A stretch of DNA of 63,434 nucleotides, the filler included, from Octopus bimaculoides (lineage: Eukaryota), in the NCBI RefSeq assembly GCF_001194135.2. It is 5 parts of 5 records of this genome, joined end to end, with 100 filler letters (N's around TTAATTAATTAA, not from the genome) between each part and the next. Parts side by side here need not be neighbours in the genome. Positions count along the whole stretch, not along the records: positions 34,674 to 55,057 come from NC_068985.1; positions 55,158 to 59,918 come from NC_068999.1; positions 60,019 to 63,434 come from NW_026373907.1; 2 more parts are not named here. One strand, written 5' to 3'. Both the position numbers and the translations under genes were made by a program. Positions 49,074 through 63,434 of the stretch are shown here, piece after piece (the first letter of the stretch is position 1; each line of letters starts with the position of its first letter). The notes under the pieces were generated by a model. The model was not told where the DNA came from. It searched no databases and was given only the letters and a program-made list of their open reading frames with translations.

Positions 49074-52000
49074 ATATACACACACACACACACACACATA
49101 CACACACACACACACATATATATACATATGTGTGTGTGTGGGGGGGGTATGTATATGTTTGTGTGTCTGTGTTTTTCCCCCACTGTCACTTGTCAACCGA
49201 TGTTGCTGTGTTTACATACCTGTAACATAGCAGTTTGGCAAAATGGACCGATAGATTAAGTACTAGGCTTACAAAGAATAAGTCATGGGGACGAATTGTT
49301 CCACTAAAGGTGGTGCTCCAGCATGGCTGCAATTAAATGACTGAAACAAGTAAAAGAATAAAAGAACATTAATTAGGCATAGGCATAGCAGTGTAGTTAA
49401 GAAGTTTGCCTCCGAGCTGCATGGTTTCTGGTTCAGTCCTACTGCATGGTACCTTGAGCAAAGGTCTTCTATTATAACCTTGGGTTGGCCAAAATCTGTG
49501 AGTGAATTTGATTGAGGGGAAACTGAAAGAAACCCATTATATATAAGGATACATGTCTGTACGCTTGTGTGTGTGTAAGTGTGTTGTGTCTCCGTGTCTT
49601 GATATCGTATAATAATTGTAAGCAAATGTCACCATCATACATGTAATATTGTTAATTTCCAATCAGCTGTGAAAACATGTCTGATTGTCATATTACCTTG
49701 CCTGGAAGGAAGCATCCAGCTGTAAAAAATCTTCCACAATGATTGGATTTGATCCTGCATTTTGCCACATGCAAACCTCAAACCACAATTCAATTATACT
49801 ACACAATTGAGATTTTTAACAAAAAAAACAGCTGTTGTTCATGTGAAAGTTCAGTGGCCTGATTAAAATTTTCTGTGAATCCAGCCTATAAATCCAGAAA
49901 TACAGTCAATAAAGCCACCAATTTTTCAGAGCGTTGCAGACATCAGAGCCACTATGACGTTCTCTGCTCTTGCCAAATTTAGAGTGTCTTGGGTCAAGTT
50001 TAAATTACACTCTCCATATAGCTGTTCATATGGCTGCATATTCAATTAAGGATAACTGAAGAAAACATAACACGGCACCTGAATATTTACTTGATGTGTA
50101 AAAACCAGCCCAGGTGTTAAATTTTGAACAGACATTTTCTTCACATGTCATTATGCTGTTTCATGTTACTGTTTCCATTAACTGTATTGCATGAACACTT
50201 TTCCTATTAATGTAACAAATACTGGCAACTGGCTCTCAATGAGTGTTTGAGTTGACTCAATTAATGGAACTGTCTGCTCATCAAATTAACATGCAAGTGG
50301 CTGAATACTCCACAGACATGCATACCCTTAATGTAGGTCTTAAGGAGATTCAACATTACACAGAATGTGACAAGACTGGCCCTTTGAAATACAGGTACTA
50401 CTCATTTTTGTCAGCTGAGTGAACTGGAGCAATGTGAGATAAAGTGTCTCGCTCAAGGACACATTGCACTGCTAGGAATTGAACTCATGGCCTTATACTC
50501 ATGAGCCAAATACTTATAACTACTAAGCCATGTGCTTTCACTAATGTAATGGATAATGTTCAAACATTCAAGAAAACCTTTGTTACACATGCAAATATGG
50601 AAAAATGGCTGTCAAAATGATGGCAGTGGTGATGGTGATGATGACAATGCTACTGCTGTTGCTGAATGATGATTATGATAATGATGACAACAATGATAAT
50701 GATGACAACAATGATAATGATGAAAACAATGATAATGATGACAATGATGATGATCAATTCTCCTCAGTTCACTGCTGTCCATCTCATAATCTACAACTGA
50801 AAGTCAGAGCATTTATACTGTTGCTACAGAATTTGAATACATGGGAACTGTGTAATGTTTGTCATTAGTCCTGGCTTGATATGATAACTACCAGTTAAAT
50901 CTTGAATTCAAGTCCTTCCAAGGCCAACTTCATTAAATACTACTAACAACCTGTATTAAACAGCAGGTTTAATTCAATTGATTTTACTCTTTCCATTTTT
51001 CCAGCAAATATGAGAAACAATACTGAATATTCCTATACTTGTTGGAAAAATCTAAATAATATCATTCCTTCACTATTATTGTTTTTTTTTTCCTGGCTTT
51101 ATAATTAGCTTTTTTAAATGCTTCATGCAATAATTATGTTAGCACTAACTTTTTTTTAATGGCGTGTCTGAATTATTTCATTTCTAAACAACTCTATTTC
51201 TACACCAATAAATGAACAATATTATACACTAGCTGAATTACCCAGTAATACTCAGAAAAGCAAGGGTTATTTCCAGTTCCTGCTCCCATTACACTGTTTC
51301 ATGTCCTATCCCATTTCTTGTCCAGTTCCCATCTTTATGCCCAATATGTCGTTTATGGTAACAATTTATTGCTAAAAATAGGTATTACAGACTACTAATT
51401 TGATTAGTGAGTGAATAAGGAATGTCCCTATATTATTTTAACAAACGAATATGCATCTGAGTAAAATAAATTACATAAATAGATAGATTTACAAATGCAT
51501 TGACGAATTGATTTACAAATAGATTTACATATATATTTACAAATAGATAATTGTATACAAAATATGAAACAAAACTTGCATACAGTAGGGTAATCAAAAT
51601 CCAGATTATTTAAATTCTTTACCTACTCTAGTCAATTAAACTAAGTAAAAAAATCAATCTTTGCGTGTGCATGACATACCTGTGAACGCCTTTGCTGTAT
51701 TTGTCATTTGCGTGCAGTTTTAGAGCTAATCTTTGCTTGCTTTTGTGGTGGCATCATGTTATTGTACTTCAAAGCTATTAGTTTCCTTTTGAAAAACTGA
51801 GTTGTTCTCACAAAAGTCGTACGCTGTTTACAGGAAGGAGTGCATGGCTGAGCCTTACAGAAGATTTACTTAATTCATATCAGTAGATGTGTAAACATGT
51901 GCTACAACCCTAGAGGGCTCATTATAAATTTTTATTGAAATCCAATTGGTCTATAATTCAACTTGATGTTAGTTTAACCTGTATGAAAAGTTTCATCAAG

Positions 52001-52094
52001 ATTGGTTTGCTGGTGTAGGCGGCAAAATGGTAACAGACAGACAGACAGAAATTGCCATTTATGTATTAGATTTATTAAGTGATTTTTCAATCAC

Positions 52095-52310
52095 CATTTT
52101 GAGCATGGCCGTTTTCGTGCGGGTGACACGTAAAAGCACCCACTACACTCTCTGAGTGGTTGGCGTTAGGAAGGGCATCCAGCTGTAGAAACTCTGCCAA
52201 ATTAGATTGGAGCCTGGTGTAGCCATCCGGTTGCACCAGTCCTCAGTCAAATCGTCCAACCCATGCTAGCATGGAAAGCGGACGTTAAACGATGATGATG
52301 ATGATGATGA
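52095..52310 (+). mobile_element. RTE-family 3' end
   Basis: Near-exact reverse complement of 17826-18040. Confidence 0.85.
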
Positions 52311-53169
52311 TTGAAAACTACGCCTTGTTGAAGAAATAAGAAAATGACTGAAAAGTTTTACAGTTGTTTCCTGTACTGGCTGAAGATATTGTTTTTTTCC
52401 TTTACCATATCTATAGATCTGTCCATTATGCTAACACTTAGCCATCATTTTTGACATGTATGATGAGTTTGAATCATTTAAATTCTAAAAAATGAAAACT
52501 TTCTTCTCACAAAGAGCTCTCTTACATATATTTTCAATTGTAAATATCAGTTTCTTACATTGTTTCCCCCTCACCATCAATTTCACCCTAAAATGGTTCA
52601 ATGCAAAAATCATTTTTGCAATATTTTTCACTCTTCTTAATATTATAGGTGTATGAATCTTTTAAATTCGCTAGTTTATGCAGCTAATTCCGATTTAACC
52701 TTTTTGTATTATGCATTAAACTGTAGGTAATTGAATATATTTTCATAAAATATACATATAAAATGTATTTATTAGGGATATTGCATATCTATAGCAAGTG
52801 ATGCATGTTGAAAATTTTTTGTAAATGCATGCAAATAGCATATTCTTATATTTCTGTTAAGAAAAGAAATCTTTGAAATTCTTATCATCTTTATGAAGAG
52901 AGAAAAAAAGGAAACCCTTTAGTTTAGTCACAAGAAGTCAATCTGGTAATAAAAAGAGTTGTTTCCTTTGTGTAGCTTCTTTATATAGGATAATGTGTTA
53001 TAAAAATGTGCAATACAGAGTACATCTTCAAATAATTGCCTGAATGGCTTATTAGGACACAGTTGAACCAAATGGTTTAAAAGGTGAAGGAGAGAATAAA
53101 AATGAAATTATGATGTCCATCTCTTTTACTGAGTAGTGCTACTAAAGGGAAAATTCCTTAAGACAAAAA

Positions 53170-53561
53170 TTAAAACTGAATTGGCACTCCGTCGGTTACG
53201 ACGACGAGGGTTCCAGTTGATCCATTCAATGGAGCAGCCTGCTCGTGAAATTAACGTGCAAGTGGTTGAGCACTCCACAGACACGTGTACCCTTAACATA
53301 ACTCTTGGGGAGATTCAGCGTGTCACAGAGTGTGACAAGGTTGGGCCTTTGAAATACAGGTATAACAGAAACAGGAAGAAAGAGTGAGAGAAAGTTGTGG
53401 TGAAAGAGTACAGCAGGGTTTGCCACCATCCCCTGCCAGAGCCTCGCGGAACTTTAGGTGTTTTCGTTCAATAAACACGCACAGCGCCTGGTCTGGGAAT
53501 CGAAACCGTGATCCTACGACCACGAGTCCGCTGCTAATCACTGGGCCATTGCGCCTCCACG
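53170..53561 (-). mobile_element. tRNA-derived SINE, second family (related copies 56913-57290 plus, 50260-50540 minus)
   Basis: Head gtggaggcgcaatggcccagtg...ggtttcgattccca; body is homologous and inverted relative to 56913-57290. Confidence 0.85.
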
Positions 53562-56500
53562 CACACCCAATAAGCATGAAAGAAAAAAAAAAATCAAACC
53601 TTATCTCTGCTTGAATTCAGAACAAAAAAAAAACGATCTTCCTAAAGATTTTCAATTTGACATTCTCCTAAAATAGCCATGTCTATCCTGCCTTAGAATA
53701 TGCTAAATTTAGGGTTAGAATTTAATTTTATCCTTTAATATTCTGCCTTCAAGTCATACTAAAGTTGACTTCACTTCATTATCCATACCAGGGTTGATAA
53801 AATAACTACCACTAAAATTGTGAATCCAAGCCCTTCCAAGATCAACTTTATTAAATATTGATTTCAAAATTTTGGCACAAGGTCAGCAATTTTAGGGGAG
53901 TGGATAAGTCAATTACATGGAGCCTGGTCCTTATTATTATAAACTTATTATATCAACCCCAAAAAGATGAAAGACAAAGTTGATCTCACCGGAATTTTAA
54001 CTCAGAACACAAAGATAGATGATACGCCATTAAGCATTGCACCCAGCATGCTATGCCAGCTTTCCACCTTCGACTTTATTAAATATTACTAACATCCAGT
54101 CACACACTGGGCTTGATTCAATCAACTGTATTTCTCCAGTAAAAAGAGTAGGTGACATCAGTGCCTTGTCAAAACAGATCATTATATGAGCTATTTAAGT
54201 TGTGACAAGTTGGCAGAGCATAATCAGTAGAAGCTCATAAACTTTACTTTATACCTTGCATTGAAATAGTTCTGCTATAAATTAGTGTGACCAGAACAGT
54301 AACAGAAGAGATTTTTGCTTGGAATAAATAATGAAAAAGCTAATGGAAAAACACAAACTTCTTCAATTGATAGCATTTTGAGTTCAAAATGATGCCTTTG
54401 ATTGAGCAAGCTTTCAGAAAACCAAATATATCCCTGGCTACTCGTCTGAATCACAAAATTCAAGCTACTGAGGTTTGTTGTTATCGGAGGAACATGCAAA
54501 TGACACACATTTCACAGGAAAATGAAGATCTTGGGAAATGCAACACTAAATTTAGTGAAGCTGCTGATCTTGCTCCAGAGTGGCCAGAGTCGATTGGCAG
54601 TACTGAATGTACACACTTGTGCACTAATCCATGTAATCTGGGCTCAAATCTTCCGGATTCAATAAAATAATTATTGGTAATATAAAAAAATCAATTTGGT
54701 CAGCTATTACTTTTAAAGGAAAGTTGGTTATACATCATTAGATGTATACCTGACTTTCCTATATAAAATTAGAAATATAACGGAACGCTGAACTCCGGAC
54801 TATCAACTTAAACAACATTTATTCAGGTGGTAAATATATACATCTTTAGCTCTTGTTTGTTGTTACAGCTTCTGTGTGTGTGAGCATTGTTGTTGGGACG
54901 TTTGGTATGTAGATGTAAGCGAGCTGTCGAGCATAAGTTCGAAAGATGAAGAGAGACAGCTAAACACGTAAAGAGACTGTCTCCAGAGTTGGAATGTTGG
55001 AGACACTGCTTGACACGTCCATGCTCATGGCCGGCTGACCGAGAAAGAGATAGAATANNNNNNNNNNNNNNNNNNNNNNNNNNNNNNNNNNNNNNNNNNN
55101 NTTAATTAATTAANNNNNNNNNNNNNNNNNNNNNNNNNNNNNNNNNNNNNNNNNNNNTATATATGTGTGTGTGCATGTATATGCATTTATTTATTTTTTA
55201 TACGCATGCTTCTGTAATACGCATTACCATCTATTTCTACATATATATGTATGTACAAATATATGTATCATACGCATATATATGTGTGTGAGTGTGCTCA
55301 TCGCTGTGTGCGTGTGTGCTTGTCAATACACACATCTATGTATGTAGGTAGAAAAATAGAGAGAAAATAAGATATCGTGAGGGTTAGATAGATAGATAAC
55401 TACATAAAGCCAGGATGTTTTGCATAAGATACTTATCTGTATACATATATACGTGCACAAATACGTACATACTTGCGTTGAAACACATATACGTACATTC
55501 AAATATACATTCATCATTTGAAGCTAGCGCTATCTCTCACGAACAACCATATGATTTTGAAATGTCCGAAAATTTGAAATTCCATAATATAATCTTTACA
55601 AATGGAGACTACCTCATCCAGCCATAGTTGATATTCATTTTCAATAATCCATGCATAATATACAATAAAAAATCTTGAGAAGAACACAATTCATAGTTGT
55701 AGTAAATATGTGAGCTGTGGTTTCTGTCAAACTTTCCAGGAACACACATATCTACATATATCATGCAGCTATTTTGGAATCACCTCTCATTATGGAAGAA
55801 ATAAATTATTTTTCATGTTGTCCTTTAATGTTTTGTTTTGTTTATTTTGTTTTCCGTTTATTTATTTTTGTTTTTGGTTCACGAATTCAGAAAATATACC
55901 TCTTATCTAAAGTATTATATTTTGAGTTATTTTATATTCATGTCTTCTTTTTCCTTTATGGTCACTGAAATGCATTTTTTTATATTAATATATACATGAA
56001 CATTCTCAATTTGCTTATATAGAAATTTATACACATACTTACATCGAGTAGTTATGCTCACTACACAACTTGGGTATATCTTTAACATGTATAACAATGC
56101 AGAACCCGAAAGTTGAACCCGTTAAATAGACAATTTAAAAAAAAAAAGCTGATGCCAAATGTCCAAGCTGAAATTTCAGAACAATATTCATAGATGAAAA
56201 GTGAAATATTTCCACCACATCACTATGGAATTTCTTTCCATCATGAAGTATATCCCTGACGACATTGCCTGCACTGTTACGCTCTCAGCACGTCTCGACA
56301 TTATTTGTCTGTTTATAATCTGATGCGGAATACGCTGGTTGAGTGTCTCACAGTCTTAAATAATAAAACACAATCTATCCACTGTAAGACATTGATGTTG
56401 CTTAATATAATTCACTCACAGATCGCATGAAGGAGTCTTTCGAACATTTATAAACTTGAGATCAAACACTAGAATATAGTTTTCCAACTCTGTCAAAAGT

Positions 56501-59500
56501 GACGTATACAATATGGTGACTGACACTGTTCTATCAAAATATTTCATTCGGTAAAACTTTATATGCTAATGTAGAAGTCCCACGACGTAATATAAATTCC
56601 AATAGCAGTTTGGCTATCTATACCATTAAGAAAAAATTCTAATACACGCAGGTTTCCGACCAGATGGTTCCGGTTCAGTCCCACTGTGTGGAACCTTTTG
56701 CAAGTATCCTCTATTGTAGCCTCGGGTCTTCCAAATACTTGAGATTGTAATTGGTTGACGAAAACTGAAAAACATCCTCTCGTATATATATATGCCTGTT
56801 TGTGTATGTGTGCGCAAGTGCACGTGTCTGTGTGTGTGCCTTTCTATTTGTGATTGTCCCGCCATCACCGTTTAGCAACAAGTATTGGTTTCTTTACGTC
56901 ATCCGTAGCAACTGTGGAGGCGCAATGGCTCAGTGGTTAGAGCAGCGGACACACGATGTTAGGATCGTGGTTTTGAATCCCAGACGGAATGTTGTGAGGG
57001 TTAATAGAGCGAAAACATCTAAAGCTTCATGAGGCTCCGGCAGGGGCTGGTAGCGGACCCTGCTGCACTCTTTCGCCACAACTTTCTTTCATTATTTTGT
57101 CCTGTTCCTGTTGTACCTGTATTTCAAAGGTCCAGACTTTTCACACTGTGTGACGCCGAATCTCCGTTAGAACAACATTAAGGGTGCACATATCTGTGGA
57201 GTGCTCAGCCACATACACGTTAATTCCACGAGCAGGTTGTTCCGTTGATAGGAACAACCCGAGCACTTGTCTTCGTAACCAATGGAGTGTCACGTATTAG
57301 ACGCAGCTACTTGGTAGATACTATTGAAACGCAAATTACCACTCCGTTGGCCCTACACTTCAAACGCCTTGACTCATATATGCCTAACTGCTTAACTAGT
57401 CAAACAATTTATTGTGTTCGAAGCATGGTTATTGTCAGATACTTCAAGTGAAAGCTTGTCATATGTACCCGACATACACAAATCTGAAACGTGTACATAT
57501 TATGTACGACAGCGATCAACAAAAATAGTGAAAATAAGTCATAATTTTAACAAACATATAAATAAGAGACAAAGAAAGAAACAAAATACATTAAAAGAGT
57601 TAATCCCATCTCCGAAGCATCCTATAGAATGTTGCCAACTTCAAAGATATGATTTTTCCAACAAATGATAAATAAATCTGCTATAAATACAATATGTCGA
57701 CTGCTATATATTGCCGATGATCGGTGCGTATGGGAAGCTAAAAGTTTCTCTCGTTAGAAGGAAAGTGTTGCTTTGTAAGAAATATATCTAAATTTATAGG
57801 AAACGAATTAACTGAGTGAAATATATAAATCAAGTAGATTACATCAAAGGAATGTTTAAACTTTCAAATCCATTTAATATATATTTATACATTTNNNNNN
57901 NNNNNNNNNNNNNNNNNNNNNNNNNNNNNNNNNNNNNNNNNNNNNNNNNNNNNNNNNNNNNNNNNNNNNNNNNNNNNNNNNNNNNNNNNNNNNNNNNNNN
58001 NNNNNNNNNNNNNNNNNNNNNNNNNNNNNNNNNNNNNNNNNNNNNNNNNNNNNNNNNNNNNNNNNNNNNNNNNNNNNNNNNNNNNNNNNNNNNNNNNNNN
58101 NNNNNNNNNNNNNNNNNNNNNNNNNNNNNNNNNNNNNNNNNNATATATATATGCGTTTGTGTATGTATATGTGCATAAGTATACATATATATATATATAT
58201 ATACACACAACTGCAGACACAACACACACACATATATATACCATATACATACATGCATAAATATATATGAGGCGTCTGACACGACGACTGAAGGCATTTG
58301 TGTGCACACTATTAACATTGCGATTTCTCTTTGAAATGTGTGTACTGCATGAGAATCAGTAATCACAATCTCTCTATGACAAACACTTATTGAACGCATC
58401 TGTTTCTTTTTCAATGTGAGATGTAATGAGCCTGTTGTGAGGGACGAGTTAACACTGGAGATCTGAAATAAATGTTTTAAATGACCACACGTCATCTGAA
58501 GAGTACGTTTCCATCACGACATCCAGAATTCATTTGCGAACCCTATCAAATAGAAGCTACGACTATGAAACTTAGGATCACCGAGTATATAATCGGAAGC
58601 ATTTTACCTGAGGATGGTGCCTACAATATATTCTTGATGTTAATAATATTTGCAATGCTTAGAGAGAGAAATAGTTTCCAGCTTATTCTTTCGCAAGACA
58701 AAACGATGCTGTTCAAGAAATTCATGATGATGTATTTTGATCAATTCAGAACAAATGAAAGACTGACTTCCAAATGACGCCTATATGGAGACGTTCCTTT
58801 CATGCTAAAACACATTGATTGAAAAACCTTCTACAATTCTCTACAATAGACAGGGTGTACTGTGGAAAAGAAGATCAATGTATTTGCGCTGATAGAACTA
58901 GTAAGGGAGGCTACCTGATACATGTTTCTTGGAATAAGCCATCATGGACTAAGATATCTATTTATTAGAGCATTGCTAACTGGTGTACACTAACGCATAA
59001 GACGATCATAACAGAATTCCGCTCTAAGTTTATTAAGATATAACTATATCACAGAGTAGGTTTCAGCTTTCCTTAAGTCAGAAATAGTTGCTACCGAAGA
59101 TCTGATAAAGGAACATCGGTATATATTACATAACAGCAACCGGAATAGAAATGCATACTTCCTTTTTAATTCTCTATCATACGTTTTAGCAAATTATATA
59201 AAACGAGACTTGACATTTCTTATTGTTATTTAACTTATATCCATTCAAATATTATTATAACAATAAATTTGTTAGTAAATTTTCTTCGCGTATTCCAGCC
59301 CATGTTAAACACTTCAGAATAACATATGAAATTTCAGTGTAGATTTCGATCTAACTCTTTCAATCGGGTGATGCTGCATATGTTTACCAATAAAAACTAA
59401 ACTTTTGCAAATAATTATAAATACAATAGAGTTTATTACATGCAAATATCCATTGCATTGATGTGCCCCTAAGTACAAAATTTTAAAGATAACAATTATT

Positions 59501-59844
59501 GTGAACATGTATAAAAAGATACACAGATTATTCTTGGAATAGCGTCATCTCGTGTTGTATAAAGACAACGTCGCATCAGTCCATCATATCTGCCTACATC
59601 TCTCTCCCTCACGGTGTATTTTTAAAAAATGTTATTCCTCTATTTCTATCCAGTCATTTGAAAGCGACCATGGTTGAGCACCACCTTTAGTCGAGCAAAT
59701 CGTCTCCAGAACTTATTCTTTGTAAGCTTAGTACTTATTCTATCGGACTTTTTTCCTCGAACCCCTAGCTTACGGGGACATAAACGCACTAACAAGCAAT
59801 GTTTGGGGGAGAACACAGACACAAACACACACACCCACACAACG

Positions 59845-59918
<74 letters not shown>

Positions 59919-60509
59919 NNNNNNNNNNNNNNNNNNNNNNNNNNNNNNNNNNNNNNNNNNNNTTAATTAATTAANNNNNNNNNNNNNNNNNNNNNNNNNN
60001 NNNNNNNNNNNNNNNNNNATCTATCTATCTATCTATCTGTCTGTCTGTCTGTCTGGCTGTCTGTCTGTACTTATATATGGATGTATGTGTATGTGTGTGT
60101 GTGTGAGCGTAATTTTTGATGCTGTAGGCATCATCTATTGAATATTTTCATGCTGTTTGTAAATTAAAATGTAAAATCACACACACGTGGACATACAATA
60201 TTTTTATGATAGCATATTTGTATGAATATATACATACATATATATATGAGTGTGTATAAAATATATAGTTTAATTAGACCCTGTTATTAGCAATAACTCA
60301 CATTAATACAGAAGGAAAGTGCAGTGCTCGTTGTGAATGGAGGTAACACAAGCGAAGTCTAAAAGAACATAATTGAAGAAAATATCATTTGTATTTTATT
60401 TCCATTTTATAGAGAATATATGTATTTGTATAAGTTTTGGATGCGTATTTCAATTATGTTCTTTTAGAATTCTCCTGTGTTGCCTCCATAATAATATTAT
60501 TTCGTATGA

Positions 60510-60555
<46 letters not shown>

Positions 60556-61983
60556 NNNNNNNNNNNNNNNNNNNNNNNNNNNNNNNNNNNNNNNNNNNNN
60601 NNNNNNNNNNNNNNNNNNNNNNNNNNNNNNNNNNNNNNNNNNNNNNNNNNNNNNNNNNNNNNNNNNNNNNNNNNNNNNNNNNNNNNNNNNNNNNNNNNNN
60701 NNNNNNNNNNNNNNNNNNNNNNNNNNNNNNNNNNNNNNNNNNNNNNNNNNNNNNNNNNNNNNNNNNNNNNNNNNNNNNNNNNNNNNNNNNNNNNNNNNNN
60801 NNNNNNNNNNNNNNNNNNNNNNNNNNNNNNNNNNNNNNNNNNNNNNNNNNNNNNNNNNNNNNNNNNNNNNNNNNNNNNNNNNNNNNNNNNNNNNNNNNNN
60901 NNNNNNNNNNNNNNNNNNNNNNNNNNNNNNNNNNNNNNNNNNNNNNNNNNNNNNNNNNNNNNNNNNNNNNNNNNNNNNNNNNNNNNNNNNNNNNNNNNNN
61001 NNNNNNNNNNNNNNNNNNNNNNNNNNNNNNNNNNNNNNNNNNNNNNNNNNNNNNNNNNNNNNNNNNNNNNNNNNNNNNNNNNNNNNNNNNNNNNNNNNNN
61101 NNNNNNNNNNNNNNNNNNNNNNNNNNNNNNNNNNNNNNNNNNNNNNNNNNNNNNNNNNNNNNNNNNNNNNNNNNNNNNNNNNNNNNNNNNNNNNNNNNNN
61201 NNNNNNNNNNNNNNNNNNNNNNNNNNNNNNNNNNNNNNNNNNNNNNNNNNNNNNNNNNNNNNNNNNNNNNNNNNNNNNNNNNNNNNNNNNNNNNNNNNNN
61301 NNNNNNNNNNNNNNNNNNNNNNNNNNNNNNNNNNNNNNNNNNNNNNNNNNNNNNNNNNNNNNNNNNNNNNNNNNNNNNNNNNNNNNNNNNNNNNNNNNNN
61401 NNNNNNNNNNNNNNNNNNNNNNNNNNNNNNNNNNNNNNNNNNNNNNNNNNNNNNNNNNNNNNNNNNNNNNNNNNNNNNNNNNNNNNNNNNNNNNNNNNNN
61501 NNNNNNNNNNNNNNNNNNNNNNNNNNGCCATGCAGTCACCCAGCTATTGAGACATGCAGATATTCCAGCATCTTGACAATCCGATATCCAGTCACCTAGT
61601 CTTTCTCGAAATCTTTCAATAGGTGTTCATTGAATGAGTCATGGCCGTGTTATTGACTTAGACGGCACGAGTCCTCATCCTGCGTAAGCTTCCGGACGGG
61701 TAGAAAAAAAAAATATGGCACGTAAGGTGAGAGGTATGAGTGGATTGAAGATGTTAAAAAGAGAGAATAAAAAAAAAAGGAGTGATATAGATAAAGGGTA
61801 ATGGTGGAGGCGGAAGAGGGGAAAGCTAAACGGAGGGAAAAGGATATTGACAAAGAAAGGTGAAGGTAATGAGATGGAGAGTGTGGAGGTGGAGAGAGTG
61901 TGGAAAGGAGAAGATGAGCAAAAAGGAAAGAAAAGGAGAGGGGGGTGAGAGAGGAAGAGAGAATGTCAAGCCAAGATAAGGCA

Positions 61984-62018
<35 letters not shown>

Positions 62019-62685
62019 NNNNNNNNNNNNNNNNNNNNNNNNNNNNNNNNNNNNNNNNNNNNNNNNNNNNNNNNNNNNNNNNNNNNNNNNNNNNNNNNNN
62101 NNNNNNNNNNNNNNNNNNNNNNNNNNNNNNNNNNNNNNNNNNNNNNNNNNNNNNNNNNNNNNNNNNNNNNNNNNNNNNNNNNNNNNNNNNNNNNNNNNNN
62201 NNNNNNNNNNNNNNNNNNNNNNNNNNNNNNNNNNNNNNNNNNNNNNNNNNNNNNNNNNNNNNNNNNNNNNNNNNNNNNNNNNNNNNNNNNNNNNNNNNNN
62301 NNNNNNNNNNNNNNNNNNNNNNNNNNNNNNNNNNNNNNNNNNNNNNNNNNNNNNNNNNNNNNNNNNNNNNNNNNNNNNNNNNNNNNNNNNNNNNNNNNNN
62401 NNNNNNNNNNNNNNNNNNNNNNNNNNNNNNNNNNNNNNNNNNNNNNNNNNNNNNNNNNNNNNNNNNNNNNNNNNNNNNNNNNNNNNNNNNNNNNNNNNNN
62501 NNNNNNNNNNNNNNNNNNNNNNNNNNNNNNNNNNNNNNNNNNNNNNNNNNNNNNNNNNNNNNNNNNNNNNNNNNNNNNNNNNNNNNNNNNNNNGCATTGA
62601 GTTGCTTCTCCAACATGACTGCTATTTCTAAATTTTCAGTATGTTGGAGAAGCAACTCAATGCTAATCCCTGTATATTTACGATG

Positions 62686-62759
<74 letters not shown>

Positions 62760-62778
62760 ACACACACATACGTGCATA

Positions 62779-63300
62779 TATCGGGTCATCTCATATAATA
62801 ATGCAGTTTTATTTATATTTCTTTTATTTTTCAAAATTAAGATAAACAAAGTTCTTTTCAAATCTAAAATATACTCTCCTCCATTTTCTACAACGCTCTT
62901 CTATCTATCTGGTAGACTTGCAAGACCCCTCTTCCAAAATTCACTTCTCTGTGACAAAAAATACTCCTCCACTACTGTTCTGACCTTGTGTATAGAATTC
63001 ATATTTTTTCCGTCCAAATGATTTTGAAAATTGCGGAATAAATGATAATCAGATGGGGCAATGTCCAGCGAATATGGTGGGTGGGGTATCGCTTCCCATT
63101 CAAACTGCTCCAGCCTTTGGAATGTCATCCTCGCTGTATGTGGCCGAGCATTATCCTGATGGAAGAACAACTTTCGTTTTGAAACCAAAGATGGTCATTT
63201 TTTCTTCTAGCGCAGGTGTCGATAAACGGTTATCCATTGTATTCTGTTTCTTTTATCCTAAGTTTTGTGTAATTTGAAGATACTTTGACTTTTATTTCCA
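62779..63300 (-). mobile_element. mariner (D34D) 3' fragment
   Basis: FHQDNARPHTA...PYSLDIAPSDYHLFR with 34 residues between the catalytic Asp residues; TIR tcgggtcatctcat at about 62781 matches the 28969 family. Confidence 0.88.
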
Positions 63301-63434
63301 GCAGATTGAGTGATTGTAAAGAGACACCTAGATACATTGAGTGATATGTATGATATCAAAGGTAGTGAGCTAGCAGAAACGTTTGCACGCCGGGCGAAAT
63401 GCTTAACGGTATTTCGTCTGCTGTGACGTTCTGA

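Noticed and set aside
51680-51870. possible minus-strand exon ending cag|gtatgt (MTNTAKAFT)
   Set aside because: Good donor, but no acceptor, homology or link to either gene; it could be a 5' UTR exon but is unsupported.
54275-54670. 93-aa plus ORF, or a minus-strand Harbinger-like IFGFLK fragment
   Set aside because: No convincing motif set in any frame.
54770-55057. CpG-rich LTR-like fragment
   Set aside because: Cut by a gap; no clean TG/CA terminus or TSD.
56913-56990. tRNA gene
   Set aside because: It is the tRNA-like head of a SINE continuous with a repeat body, with no proper acceptor stem. The same applies to 53490-53561 and 23900-23960.
1-63434. CRISPR arrays, rRNA, prokaryotic operons
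   Set aside because: None seen; this is spliced eukaryotic DNA and the periodic repeats are microsatellites without spacers.

Overview
AT-rich, repeat-dense, gapped animal genomic DNA. The SINE, RTE, Penelope and microsatellite content suggests an octopus; this is inferred from repeat recognition, not a database search. Host genes found: (1) five phase-consistent exons from the 3' half of a minus-strand FHIP1/FAM160A (FTS- and Hook-interacting protein) gene at 704-16952, running off the left edge, with no 5' exons found; (2) the first coding exon (25413-25603, minus) of a globin with an N-myristoylation-type N-terminus and the ancestral B12.2 intron, with no downstream exons found. The rest is mostly transposon debris: a near full-length decayed piggyBac in a FHIP intron, a decayed Tx1/L1-like LINE, ORF1-only CCHC copies, a Penelope element, two mariners, a solo LTR with intact TSD, R4/Dong-like fragments in (AAT)n, MITEs, Helitron-like ends and many SINEs. 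Four 100-bp gaps carry a TTAATTAATTAA linker, so order across them may be unreliable. Best leads: the acylated globin exon inside an interleaved inverted duplication, a repeat-borne minimal hammerhead ribozyme with a variant CUGUUGA core, and the exon-trap-like piggyBac. No complete novel system is demonstrable from this window alone.
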